Below are positions 18,468 through 27,570 of a DNA stretch of 64,000 nt, piece after piece (position 1 is the first letter of the stretch; the number at the start of each line of letters is the position of its first letter). The stretch lies in contig JBPCON010000058.1 of the NCBI GenBank assembly GCA_051000215.1, positions 1,194 through 65,193 on the forward strand, read 5' to 3'. Position numbers and translations under genes: made by a program. The stretch comes from Acidimicrobiales bacterium (GTDB lineage Bacteria; Actinomycetota; Acidimicrobiia; Acidimicrobiales; JACDCH01). The notes under the pieces were generated by a model. It was not told where the DNA came from. It did not search any database and saw nothing but the letters and a program-made list of their open reading frames with translations.

Positions 18468-19595
18468 TCAGCCCGGTCGGCTGGCGACTTCGGGCTGGCC
18501 GGGGTAGTAGAGGCTCACGATCTGCACGTTGGCCCCGGAATGCGGCGCCTCGATGATCTGCCCGTCGCCGATGTACATCCCCTCGTGACCGAAGCCGTGG
18601 TAGAAGACCAGGTCACCGGGCTGCAGCTGGGAGAGCGAGATGTGCCGCGTCGCTGCGTACTGCGACTCGGTGTAGTGCGGCAGCGAGACACCGGCGGCCT
18701 GCCAGGCGTACATCGTGAGACCGGAGCAGTCGAAGGAGTTCGGCCCCGTCGCGCCCCACACGTACGGCTTGCCGAGCTGCGCCTCAGCGCGCGCGATGAC
18801 GGCGGAGACGTTGCCGTTGGGCGACGGTGCCGGCCCCGGGTCGACCACTCCAGCGCGGCCGGCGCTCGTCGCTGCCAGGCCCGCCGTGGCGAGCGCTCCT
18901 TGGGGAGCTTGGGCTGCTGCGCTGGCCTGCCTGGCGCGCTGCGCTGCCGCCGCTACCTGCTCCTGGGCCATGCGCTGTTGCTCCTGGGCGAGAAGCGTTG
19001 CGAGCTCGCCTTGGGCCTGGCTGTAAAGGGCCCGCTGCTGATCGACGGCGGATTGAGCGTTCGCCTTCGCGTCGTTGAGCTGCGCCGTCTTCGCCTCCGC
19101 GCTGGCCCGGGCGCCGTCGAGCGCCTTCAGCTGCACTTGGAGATCCTCTTCGGCGCTGTTGAGCCCGTCGACAAGTTGCTGACGGTTGCCTGTCGCCGCG
19201 ACGAGGTACCCCTGCGCGAGACCGAGCTGCTGCGCGTCGTTGGCGGTGGCATTGGCGTTGTCGTCAGCCCCGCCCCGAACGTACGCGTTGACGGCATAGT
19301 CCTTGAGCTCGCCGCGGTGCTGGTCCATCTGCGCCTGCGCGCCGGCCACCTTGGCCTCGGCCTCGGCCGCCTGCTGGTTCAGGCCGTCGAGCTCGATCTG
19401 CGCGCCGTTGGCCCGCTCCCCGTAGCTCTCGACGGTGGTGTTCAGCTGGTCGATCTTGGACGCGATGGCCGCAGCTTGCGCCCGCTTGTCTGCGATCCCG
19501 TCACCCCGGGCACTACCAGGGAACAGCGCGACAGCCACCAGCAGAAGTGTTGCGGCTGCGCCGAGACGCCAGCCGTGCAAGATCGCCCGCGCCAT
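18468..19595 (-). CDS. NlpC/P60 peptidoglycan endopeptidase with N-terminal coiled coil (RipA-like)
   Basis: Signal peptide MARAILHGWRLGAAATLLLVAVALFPGSARG, a long Q/A-rich coiled coil, and a C-terminal NlpC/P60 domain (PYVWGATGPNSFDCSGL...GHEGMYIGDGQIIEAPHSG). Confidence 0.85.
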   Translation of the reverse strand: MARAILHGWRLGAAATLLLVAVALFPGSARGDGIADKRAQAAAIASKIDQLNTTVESYGERANGAQIELDGLNQQAAEAEAKVAGAQAQMDQHRGELKDYAVNAYVRGGADDNANATANDAQQLGLAQGYLVAATGNRQQLVDGLNSAEEDLQVQLKALDGARASAEAKTAQLNDAKANAQSAVDQQRALYSQAQGELATLLAQEQQRMAQEQVAAAAQRARQASAAAQAPQGALATAGLAATSAGRAGVVDPGPAPSPNGNVSAVIARAEAQLGKPYVWGATGPNSFDCSGLTMYAWQAAGVSLPHYTESQYAATRHISLSQLQPGDLVFYHGFGHEGMYIGDGQIIEAPHSGANVQIVSLYYPGQPEVASRPG

Positions 19596-19752
19596 GGCCC
19601 CCAGCGTGGAGCACCGCGCCCCGACATTGCAAATGCGTGACAAACATTGCGGTCCCGTGGCCTTCGTTTCGGTGGCGATGAGGCACTGAGCGGCTGCTCG
19701 CCCTGCGGACCGTGTGCGGACCCCGGGTAGCAGAGGGAACCTCCGCAGACCG

Positions 19753-19826
19753 TGCCCCCGGTGGGGCTCGAACCCACACTGGGCCCCTTTTAAGGGGGCT
19801 CCCTCTACCGGTTGGGGTACGGGGGC
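19753..19826 (-). tRNA. tRNA, anticodon UAA (Leu by the standard table), class-I length
   Basis: The minus strand reads GCCCCCG-TA-CCC-CAACCGGTAGA-GGG-A-GCCCC-CUUAAAA-GGGGC-CCAGU-GUGGG-UUCGAGC-CCCAC-CGGGGGC-A. It has a 7-bp acceptor, G18G19, the T-loop UUCGA and discriminator A. No CCA is encoded. The variable region is only 5 nt. Confidence 0.8.
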
Positions 19827-19852
19827 CGCCTGAGGCTAGGCGGCGAGGGGTG

Positions 19853-20161
19853 TCACGCGGCGAGCGGCGTCTCGCCGCCGAGAGCCGACCAGAGGCAGGC
19901 CCGCGCCCTGTCCGCGGCCGGACCGCGCAGCCGGTTGGTGGCGATCACCCCCTCGACCATGTCGGCGAGCACCGCCGGCCACGGGCGCTGGCGCACCACG
20001 ACAGCCACCGTGGCGCCCCCGCCGTCGCGCCGGCGCAACGACCGGTCGACGCCGGCGAGACGAGGCGGGCTGCGAAAGCCCGGGACCATGAGCCCGGAGC
20101 GGCGGGCCTCGATGGTGATGGCGCGCACGGCGGCGGCGAAGCGAAGCGACGTTGACTCCAT
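19853..20161 (-). CDS. small conserved-looking hypothetical protein (102 aa)
   Basis: C-terminal part of track ORF 19853..21097 from MESTSLRFAAAVRAITIEARRSGLMVPGFRSPPRLAGVDRSLRRR... It has strong GC3 bias and fills the gap between the tRNA and the nuclease gene. The rest of that ORF is antisense shadow. Confidence 0.5.
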   Translation of the reverse strand: MESTSLRFAAAVRAITIEARRSGLMVPGFRSPPRLAGVDRSLRRRDGGGATVAVVVRQRPWPAVLADMVEGVIATNRLRGPAADRARACLWSALGGETPLAA

Positions 20162-20293
20162 GCGGCGCCCATCATCCCTCCAAGGTGTGACAGTGAGCCG
20201 GGGACCGTTCGTGGTGCGCGATTGGCGCGGACGGGCGACGGGCCCGACGCCGCGATCCGCGGGGATGTCACGGCTGGGTTCTACGGTCTGGGG

Positions 20294-21259
20294 ATGACGG
20301 TGGTGTCGCCGGCCCCGGCTTACAACCCGGCCCAGCAGGCCGTGCTCGACCAGCTCGGCGCCGGCGCGGCCGAGCGGCCATCCTTCGCGCCGGTCTTGCG
20401 TGACGACCTGCGGGCGCTGCTCGAAGCGCGGGTCGCGCCGATCGAGCCGCTTCTCGACGAGCTCGGCGCCACGGCCGAGAGGCCGCTCAACCTCAACAAG
20501 CACACCCTGACCCAAGTGCACGGCTGCGAGGCCAACCTGCTGGCAGAGGAGGCGGCCGGCTTCCCGGGTTGGACGGTCGCGCGCGCCCGCGGCTCGGTTG
20601 CCCACAAGGCGATCGAGCTGTCGCTCAACGTGCCGGGAGACACCGCTCCGGCCGAGCTGGTCGACCACGCGCTGGCGCGACTCACCGAGGGCGACCACTT
20701 CCTCAGCGAGTGGCTGCAAGGCATCGACCCAGCCGAGCGGGGCGAGCTGCGGGCCGAAGCCACCGATCGTGTGACCAAGTTCGCCGAGTGCTGGCCGCCG
20801 CTCAAGATGCGTTGGCGTCCCGTCACCGAGAGCGCGCTGCGCGCCGAGCTGCTCGGTGGGCGCGTGCAGCTCCGAGGCAAGGTCGACCTCACGATCGGCC
20901 GGGCAGTGGGCAACGCGGCCGGCAAGGTTCTCATCGACCTGAAGACCGGTCGGTTCGCACCTCACCACCTCGACGATCTGCGCTTCTACGCCCTGCTCGA
21001 GACCCTGCGGCTCGGCGTCCCACCGCGTCGGCTCACCACGTACTACCTCGACAAGGGCGACTTCCTGCCGGAGGCCGTCACCGAGGCGCTCCTGCACTCG
21101 ACAGTGGCTCGAGTCGGCGACGGCATCGTCAAGCTCGTCGAGCTGCGCGCCGCGCGGCGCGAGCCCGTGCTGCGCGCCGGGCCCACGTGTCGCTGGTGCC
21201 CCCTAGCCGAATCGTGTGAAACCGGCCAAGCCCACCTGGCCTCCTACGACGACAGCTAG
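20294..21259 (+). CDS. PD-(D/E)XK nuclease with Cas4/AddB-like cysteine cluster
   Basis: Motifs GKVDLTIG and VLIDLKTG (D...D/ExK), RFYALL. One N-terminal Cys (VHGCEA) plus C-terminal CRWCPLAESC gives a 4-Cys arrangement as in 4Fe-4S RecB-family nucleases. Start at MTVVSPAP. Confidence 0.65.
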   Translation: MTVVSPAPAYNPAQQAVLDQLGAGAAERPSFAPVLRDDLRALLEARVAPIEPLLDELGATAERPLNLNKHTLTQVHGCEANLLAEEAAGFPGWTVARARGSVAHKAIELSLNVPGDTAPAELVDHALARLTEGDHFLSEWLQGIDPAERGELRAEATDRVTKFAECWPPLKMRWRPVTESALRAELLGGRVQLRGKVDLTIGRAVGNAAGKVLIDLKTGRFAPHHLDDLRFYALLETLRLGVPPRRLTTYYLDKGDFLPEAVTEALLHSTVARVGDGIVKLVELRAARREPVLRAGPTCRWCPLAESCETGQAHLASYDDS

Positions 21260-21279
21260 CACTACCATCCCCGACCGTC

Positions 21280-22170
21280 ATGGCGACGGAACCCAAGCCT
21301 CCGCTGAAGGCGGTCAAGTCGAGCACCCGAGCGCTCGTCGCGATCCCCAAGCCCATCGAGGAGCCCGAGCCGCTGGCGAACCCGCGGCTGAGCGATGTCG
21401 ATGAGTGGGGACGCTCGGAGCGGTTTCGCGAAATCGCTCGAAGGGTGTACGACCCCGTGTACCGGCACTGGTTCCGCGTCGAATGGGACGGCCTCGAGAA
21501 GATCCCGACGCACGGCGGTGCGCTGATCGTGGCGAACCACGCCGGCGCGATCCCCTCCGACGCCCCGGCGATCGTCCACGGCATCGAGACCGAGCTCGGC
21601 CGGCCGGTGTACGGGCTCGCCGAGTTCATCTTCCGCCAGCTTCCGCTGGTGGGCACCGGGTGGGCGCGCTCCGGGGGCGTCACCGCCCAGCCCGACAACG
21701 CCTACCGCCTGCTGCGCGAGCAGCAGCAACTCGTCCTCGTCTTCCCGGAGGGCACGAAGGGCACGAGCAAGCCGTACCGCGAGCGCTACAAGCTGGCGCG
21801 CTTCGGTCGCGGCGGGTTCGTGGAGATCGCGATGCGCGCTGGTGTGCCCATCGTGCCGATCGCGGTCGTCGGCGCCGAGGAGTCGATGCCGATCGTGTGG
21901 AAGGTGCCGGGCATCTCCCGTGCGCTCGGTGTGCCCTACGCCCCCATCACGGCGAACATGCTCCTGCTCGGTCCCGTGCTCGGTGCCCTCGGTTACTTCC
22001 CGGCCAAGTTCAAGCTCAAGGTGCTCGATCCCGTGCATTTCGACGTCCCACCCGACCAAGGCCGCTACTCGCGCTCGAAGGTCATGGACCACTCCGAGCT
22101 GATCCGAGAGCGCATCCAAGGAGCGCTCTACCAGATGCTCCGTGAGCGGCGCTCGGTGTGGTTCGGGTAG
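21280..22170 (+). CDS. lysophospholipid (1-acyl-glycerol-3-phosphate type) acyltransferase family protein
   Basis: ALIVANHAGAIPSD, VLVFPEGTKG, GVPIVPIAVVG. Ends with TAG. Confidence 0.85.
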   Translation: MATEPKPPLKAVKSSTRALVAIPKPIEEPEPLANPRLSDVDEWGRSERFREIARRVYDPVYRHWFRVEWDGLEKIPTHGGALIVANHAGAIPSDAPAIVHGIETELGRPVYGLAEFIFRQLPLVGTGWARSGGVTAQPDNAYRLLREQQQLVLVFPEGTKGTSKPYRERYKLARFGRGGFVEIAMRAGVPIVPIAVVGAEESMPIVWKVPGISRALGVPYAPITANMLLLGPVLGALGYFPAKFKLKVLDPVHFDVPPDQGRYSRSKVMDHSELIRERIQGALYQMLRERRSVWFG

Positions 22171-22204
22171 TGCGCGTCCTCGCATCATCCAGCGGAGGAG
22201 GGTG

Positions 22205-23257
22205 ATGGGCCGCCGCGTGCTCATCACCGGGCTCGCCACGTTCTGGGGCGGGCGCGTGGCCCAAGCCCTCGAGGCCGACCCGTCGGTCGAGATCATCGTC
22301 GGGCTCGACCGCTACGAGCCGACCATCGAGCTCGAGCGCACCGAATACGTGCGCAGCGACGAGAACTACTCGATCCTGTCGCGCATCGTGAAGGCGACGA
22401 AGGTCGACACCATCGTGCACACCTTCCTCATCGTCGACTCGACGTCGGCGTCGGCGAAGACGATGCACGAGATCAACGTCATCGGGACCATGAACCTCTT
22501 CGCCGCGGCGTCGGCGCCGGGCAGCACGGTGCGCACCGTCGTCGTGGAGTCCTCGACGCTGGTCTACGGCTCGGGCCCGAGAGACCCGTACTTCTTCCGC
22601 GAGGAATCCAAGCGCACGACGCCGCTGCGCACGCAGGTCGAGCGAACGCTGAGCTCGGTCGAGCAGTACGTGCGCGACTTCGCGGAGGACAACCCCGAGG
22701 TGACCGTCTCGCTGCTGCGCTACTCCAACGTGCTGGGGCCCGACATCGTCACGCCGGTGTCGAAGCTCCTGGAGCTGCCGTTGGTTCCCCAGCTCTTCGG
22801 CTTCGACCCGCGCTTTCAGTTCGTGCACGAAGACGACGTCGTGCGCTCGTTGCTCTTCGTGCTCGACCACGCGGTGCCGGGGCTGTTCAACGTCGTCGGC
22901 GACGGCGTGCTCCCTTGGACCGAGGTCGCCGCACTGTGCGGCAAGCGCACCGTGCCCCTCCCGTCGTTCGGCATGGGCCTGATCACGGCACCGCTGCGGC
23001 GTCTCGGCATGGATCTGCCACCTGAGCTGGTGGAGCTGATGAAGTTCGGGCGCGGCGTCGACAACCGTCGCTTCAAAGACGCCGGGTTCCGCTACGAGCA
23101 CACGTCGGCTGGCACGGTCAAGGACTTCGTCGCTGCCCAGCGCCTGCGACGCATCGGTTTGTCGGCCGAGCCCGAGTACCACTACGAGCGCGACGTCGAG
23201 CAGTTCTTCCGTCACTCCCCCGCCGTCGTCCGCGACTCCCACGACGACGCCGAGTAG
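22205..23257 (+). CDS. NAD-dependent epimerase/dehydratase family protein
   Basis: MGRRVLITGLATFWGG Rossmann start, extended-SDR layout. Pairing with the preceding acyltransferase is common in actinobacteria. Ends with TAG. Confidence 0.85.
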   Translation: MGRRVLITGLATFWGGRVAQALEADPSVEIIVGLDRYEPTIELERTEYVRSDENYSILSRIVKATKVDTIVHTFLIVDSTSASAKTMHEINVIGTMNLFAAASAPGSTVRTVVVESSTLVYGSGPRDPYFFREESKRTTPLRTQVERTLSSVEQYVRDFAEDNPEVTVSLLRYSNVLGPDIVTPVSKLLELPLVPQLFGFDPRFQFVHEDDVVRSLLFVLDHAVPGLFNVVGDGVLPWTEVAALCGKRTVPLPSFGMGLITAPLRRLGMDLPPELVELMKFGRGVDNRRFKDAGFRYEHTSAGTVKDFVAAQRLRRIGLSAEPEYHYERDVEQFFRHSPAVVRDSHDDAE

Positions 23258-23283
23258 CACCCGCGGCTGCCAAGATCAGCGCA

Positions 23284-24036
23284 ATGGCTCGCGTGCGCAT
23301 CGACATCGCCGACCGCGTCGCGGTCGTCACCCTCGACGACCCCGATCGACGCAACGCCCTCGACCTCGACCTGGTCGGGGAGATCGTCGAGGCCTTCGAC
23401 CGCGTCGAGGCCGATGCCGGCGTGGGCGCTGTCGTCATCACCGGCGCGCCCCCGGCCTTCTGCGCCGGCGCGGATCTGTCGCACCTGGGCTCGTCGCAGC
23501 GCGAGGGGCTCCTTGCCGTCTACGAGGGTTTCCTGCGCGTCGGGCGTTCGCCGCTGCCGACGATCGCCGCGGTGAACGGGGCTGCGGTAGGCGCCGGCAT
23601 GAACCTCGCACTCGTGTGCGACGTGCGTGTCGCCGCCAGACGAGCACGCTTCGACACCCGCTTCCTGCAGCTCGGCTTGCACCCGGGCGGCGGCCACACC
23701 TGGATGTTGCGCCGCATCGCCGGCCCGCAAGCCGTCTTCGCCACGGTCCTCTTCGGTGAGGTCCTCGACGGCGCGGAGGCGGAGCGTGTCAGGCTCGTGT
23801 GGCGCTGCGTCGACGACGACGCGCTGCTCGCGACCGCCGTCGAGCTGGCAGGCCGCGCTGCAGCCGGGCCCCCGGAGCTCGTGCGCAAGATGAAGCAGAC
23901 CATCATCGACATGGCCGATGTCTCCGACCACGAGGCTGCAGTTGAGCGCGAGCTCGTCCCTCAGGTGTGGTCCCTCGGCCAGCCCGCGTTCCAGGAGCGG
24001 CTCGCTGCGCTCCAGTCCAAGATCACCAACAAGTAG
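23284..24036 (+). CDS. enoyl-CoA hydratase/isomerase (crotonase) family
   Basis: VAVVTLDDPDRRNAL, VVITGAPPAFCAGADL, AAVNGAAVGAGMNLAL. Ends with TAG. Confidence 0.9.
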   Translation: MARVRIDIADRVAVVTLDDPDRRNALDLDLVGEIVEAFDRVEADAGVGAVVITGAPPAFCAGADLSHLGSSQREGLLAVYEGFLRVGRSPLPTIAAVNGAAVGAGMNLALVCDVRVAARRARFDTRFLQLGLHPGGGHTWMLRRIAGPQAVFATVLFGEVLDGAEAERVRLVWRCVDDDALLATAVELAGRAAAGPPELVRKMKQTIIDMADVSDHEAAVERELVPQVWSLGQPAFQERLAALQSKITNK

Positions 24037-24054
24037 CGAGGCGCGGGACCAGCC

Positions 24055-24645
24055 TCAGTCGACCCAGTCTTTCAGCAGGGCGTCGCGGCGTTCGGTCCAC
24101 TCCTCGCTCGTGATCGCGTAGCGAACGTGGTCCTCCCACACGCCGTTGATCTCGAGGTAGCGCACGGCAACGCCCTCGTCGCGGATGTCGAGCTTCTCGA
24201 CCACCCTGCGGCTGGCATGGTTGCGGGGGATGATCGCGATCTGCACCCGGTGCAGCTGGAGCTCGTCGAACGCGAATCGACACAGCGCGACGACCGACTC
24301 GGGCATGTAGCCGTTACCGGCGTGCTTCTCGTCGATCCAGTAGCCCACGTACGACGACTGGAACGGGCCGCGCTGGATCGCAGTGAGGTTGATCTCCCCC
24401 GCGAGGTCGCCGTCAACGAAGATCCCGAAGCCGAACGCCGTGCCGAGTTGGCGTTCGCGCTGGCGCGCCGAGCACCGCACGCCGAACGCGTCGCGGTCCT
24501 CAACGGCGTCGGGTTGGCTCGCCAGGCGTTCGGCCGCCAATTTCGTGAGCCAGTCCGCGTTGTGACGGCGCACCTCTTGCCACGCCGGGAAGTCCGATGC
24601 CACGAGCGCCCGCAGCATGACCCGGCGACCGAACAGCGTCGTCAC
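24055..24645 (-). CDS. GNAT N-acetyltransferase (RimJ/RimL-like)
   Basis: LRALVASDFPAW, YWIDEKHAGNGYMPESV, LHRVQIAIIPRNHASRRVVEKL. Confidence 0.85.
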   Translation of the reverse strand: MTTLFGRRVMLRALVASDFPAWQEVRRHNADWLTKLAAERLASQPDAVEDRDAFGVRCSARQRERQLGTAFGFGIFVDGDLAGEINLTAIQRGPFQSSYVGYWIDEKHAGNGYMPESVVALCRFAFDELQLHRVQIAIIPRNHASRRVVEKLDIRDEGVAVRYLEINGVWEDHVRYAITSEEWTERRDALLKDWVD

Positions 24646-25727
24646 CGACCGATCACCTCAGCGAGGGCACCGAGCAGCAGGGTGACGTTGCGGGGACGTG
24701 CGGTATGGCCCATGCACCCGACGCGCCACACTTTCCCCGCGTACGCGCCGAGCCCGCCCCCGACCTCGATGCCGTAGCGCTCGAGCAACGTGCGTCGCAC
24801 CTTCGCCTCGTCGCTCACCCGCTCCGGGACCCAGGCTGTGGTCAGCTCGGGAAGTCGGTGGCCTTCGGCAGCGAACAATTCGAAGCCCAGCTCGACCAGC
24901 CCGTCCTGCAGCAGCCGCCCGCACTCGGCGTGGCGTTCCCACCCCGCTTCCAGCCCCTCTTCGAGCAACGCCCCGAGCCCGGCGTGGAGGGCGACGATCA
25001 TCGCTGTCGGCGCGGTGTGGTGGTACTTGCGAGCCGAACCCTCGACCGCGTAGTCGGCGATCATTCGCAGGTCGAGGTACCAGCTCTGGCTCTTGGCGAC
25101 GAAGCGGTCCTGCGCGCGGGCGTTGACGGTGAGGGGCGCCAGGCCCGGCGGCACGCCCAGGCACTTCTGCGTGCCCGAGTAGGCGATGTCGACGCCCCAC
25201 CCGTCGACATCGACCTCGATGCCACCGAGGCTCGTCACGCAATCCATGAGGAGCAGCGCGTCGCCCTTGCCAGCGCCGAGCGCTGCGATGTCGTTGCCCA
25301 CGCCGGTCGAGGTCTCTGCGTGCACCGCGGCGATCACCTTGGGTGCGCGATGCGCGGCAAGCACCATCGTCGGGTCGAGCGGCTGACCCCACGGCGCCTC
25401 GACCCGCACGACTTCGGCGCCGCATCGCGACGCCACGTCGCACATGCGCTCACCGAACACGCCGTTGACGCCGACCACCACGACGTCACCCGAGCCGACA
25501 ACGTTGACGAACGACGCTTCCATGCCGGCCGAGCCCGTCCCGCTGATCGGCAGGGTCAGCGCGTTGTCGGTCTTGAAGACGCTCCGCAGCCTGTCGCACG
25601 TCGCATCGAGCAGGCCGAGGAACACCGGGTCGAGGTGGCCGAGCAGGGGCCGGGTGAACGCCTCGATCACCTCCGGATACGGGTTGCCGGGGCCGGGGCC
25701 CATCAGCACTCGTTCGGGGTGGGGCAT
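24642..25727 (-). CDS. class V aminotransferase (alanine-glyoxylate / serine-pyruvate type)
   Basis: Start MPHPERVLMGPGPGNP (codon 134 of the track ORF). Motifs SGTGSAGMEA, AVHAETSTGV, and YSGTQKCL with the PLP lysine. 4-nt overlap with the GNAT gene. Confidence 0.9.
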   Translation of the reverse strand: MPHPERVLMGPGPGNPYPEVIEAFTRPLLGHLDPVFLGLLDATCDRLRSVFKTDNALTLPISGTGSAGMEASFVNVVGSGDVVVVGVNGVFGERMCDVASRCGAEVVRVEAPWGQPLDPTMVLAAHRAPKVIAAVHAETSTGVGNDIAALGAGKGDALLLMDCVTSLGGIEVDVDGWGVDIAYSGTQKCLGVPPGLAPLTVNARAQDRFVAKSQSWYLDLRMIADYAVEGSARKYHHTAPTAMIVALHAGLGALLEEGLEAGWERHAECGRLLQDGLVELGFELFAAEGHRLPELTTAWVPERVSDEAKVRRTLLERYGIEVGGGLGAYAGKVWRVGCMGHTARPRNVTLLLGALAEVIGR

Positions 25728-25749
25728 CGCCGGACCATAGTTTGATGGG

Positions 25750-26181
25750 GTGCCCCACCGCGCTGCCACCACGACCGTCATCGCGCTCTCGATGATCGTC
25801 GCCGCCTGCAGCAGCGGGGGCTCGGTTTCGAGCTCAGCTTCGGGTGGCGGCGCACCCAACGCGACAGCGACGACTGCGCCGGCGACGACCCTCGCGCCTC
25901 CTCTGCAGCCGCGGGCAGACCCGTCTGCCGCGGCCGCTGCGCTCCTCGACGCGTGGAAGGCGGCCGACGAGCGGGGCGCCGCGACCATCGCCGAACCGGC
26001 GGCGGTGCAGGCGCTCTTCGCGGCGGGCACACCCGCAACAGTCGAGGCCCGGGGTTGCTCCGACGCCAAGTACGACCCGGCGCAGTGCGTCTTTCGCACC
26101 GACGTCGGCGAGGTGCAGGTCCGCACGACGATGCAGGGCGGCGGATGGGTCGTCGATCAAGCCCGGGTATCCCCGGCCTAA
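25750..26181 (+). CDS. small lipoprotein, unknown function
   Basis: GTG start. Signal peptide with lipobox (ALSMIVAAC/SSGG), a low-complexity linker, then a ~90-aa domain with two Cys. Confidence 0.6.
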   Translation: MPHRAATTTVIALSMIVAACSSGGSVSSSASGGGAPNATATTAPATTLAPPLQPRADPSAAAAALLDAWKAADERGAATIAEPAAVQALFAAGTPATVEARGCSDAKYDPAQCVFRTDVGEVQVRTTMQGGGWVVDQARVSPA

Positions 26182-27119
26182 GGACCGACCGGGCGATCCA
26201 GCTGACTGCGGATGAGTCCGTCGAGGATGTCAGCTTCGCTCACCAGTAGCTCGTCGTGGCCGAGCGATCGGAAGAGCGCGACGAGCACACAGCAACCACC
26301 GACGATCACATCGGCCCGCGCCTCCTCGAGGCCCGGGTTGTGCACCCGCTCTGCGCGCGACTCGGTGGCGAGCGTGCGGAACACATCCTCGGCCGCAGCG
26401 CGCGAGAGACAGAAGTGGTGGATCGCGTCGCGGTCGTACCGGGCGAGCCCGATCTCGATCGCAGCGACGGTTGTGATCGTCCCCGAGAGACCAACGAGGG
26501 TCGTGGCTGCTGCAGACGCGGGAAGGTCTCGGGTGACGTCGTCGAGGTACGTGGTCGCCACCGAGATGGCGGCCGAGAGCTCCTCGGGCCGAGGCGGGTC
26601 GTGCTCGAGGTACTGCTCGGTGTAGCGCACACAACCCATGTCGAGCGAGATGACGCCTTCCGCTTCGCTCGTGCCGACCACGAACTCGGTGGAGCCGCCG
26701 CCGATGTCAACGACGAGGAAGGGACCGTCGCGTGGATCGAGCTCGGCTGTGGCACCGAGGAACGACAGTCGCCCCTCCTCCTCACCCGCCAACAGCTCGG
26801 GCCGCGCGCCGAGTGCGGCCTCGGCTGCGTCGAAGAACTCTTCCCGGTTGTTGGCGTCGCGCGCCGCCGACGTGGCCGTGACCCGCAGTCGCCGCACCTC
26901 GTGACGATCGAGAACGTCGCGGAAGTCGCGGACGCACGCGATCGTGCGGTCGACGGCCTCAGGCGCGAGGGAGGCCGTCGCACCGACGCCCTGGCCGAGC
27001 CGGGTGATGCGCATCAGCCGCTCGAGCGTGTCGAATGAGCAGCCGTCGTTCGACGGCCGGGCCACGAGGACGCGCACGGAGTTGGTGCCGATGTCGACGG
27101 CGGCGATGTTTTCGCTCAC
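26178..27119 (-). CDS. ppx: Ppx/GppA family phosphatase (exopolyphosphatase)
   Basis: AAVDIGTNSVRVLV, LVVDIGGGSTEF, and an ASKHA fold. GTG start overlapping the upstream stop as GTGA; an alternative ATG lies at 27149. Confidence 0.9.
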   Translation of the reverse strand: MSENIAAVDIGTNSVRVLVARPSNDGCSFDTLERLMRITRLGQGVGATASLAPEAVDRTIACVRDFRDVLDRHEVRRLRVTATSAARDANNREEFFDAAEAALGARPELLAGEEEGRLSFLGATAELDPRDGPFLVVDIGGGSTEFVVGTSEAEGVISLDMGCVRYTEQYLEHDPPRPEELSAAISVATTYLDDVTRDLPASAAATTLVGLSGTITTVAAIEIGLARYDRDAIHHFCLSRAAAEDVFRTLATESRAERVHNPGLEEARADVIVGGCCVLVALFRSLGHDELLVSEADILDGLIRSQLDRPVGP

Positions 27120-27562
27120 AACAGCGCTTCGAGCTCGCGAGCGACCCACCGACCGACGGGGTCGTCACCACCGGCAAGGTGCCACGCGTAGTGAGCGTGC
27201 AGGCACTTGACGCCCTTGCGCGTCCCGCCGACGCCACCCGAGGGTCTCGGCCCGCGATGGGCGGCGGCGATGGCAGCGTCTCGCTCCTCGGCGTAACGCG
27301 CGTGCGCCGCGACGAGCTCATCGCCCTCGACCGCTGCGGCCGCGGCGCGCACCCCTCCACGCGACTCGAGTGCGCCCACCAGTGCACGTTCGGGTTCGCC
27401 GATGAGCCAATAGCGCGTCGGCATCGGCGTGCCGTCGCCAAGGTGCGGCGCGTTGTGTAGGACGACCGGCGAACCGTCGGCATGACGCACGACGATGTCG
27501 AACGCGCCGGTCGGCTCTCGCCCGAGCAGCGCAGCGACAGCTGCGTGGTCGCCGGCGCGCAT
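27116..27562 (-). CDS. DUF501 domain protein
   Basis: LLGREPTGAFDIVVRHADGSPVVL...PTRYWL...GGVGGTRKGVKCLHAHYAWHLAGG. Start at the second Met; an alternative at 27610 would overlap coxG. Confidence 0.8.
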   Translation of the reverse strand: MRAGDHAAVAALLGREPTGAFDIVVRHADGSPVVLHNAPHLGDGTPMPTRYWLIGEPERALVGALESRGGVRAAAAAVEGDELVAAHARYAEERDAAIAAAHRGPRPSGGVGGTRKGVKCLHAHYAWHLAGGDDPVGRWVARELEALL

Positions 27563-27570
27563 CGCGCCAA

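Noticed and set aside
19596-19752. c-di-AMP (ydaO-type) riboswitch in front of the NlpC/P60 gene, as is common for actinobacterial wall hydrolases
   Set aside because: The 157-nt spacer has some GC-rich pairing potential (GGUCUGCGGAGG..., ACCCGGGGUCCGC...). I could not match the conserved ACGGGG / GAAUC / CCGACAGCUAAC-type cores by eye. It needs an Infernal scan (RF00379) before any claim.
19650-21300. Integrated element at the tRNA gene
   Set aside because: There is no integrase, no repeat of the tRNA 3' end, and no compositional break. The neighbours look like conserved housekeeping genes.
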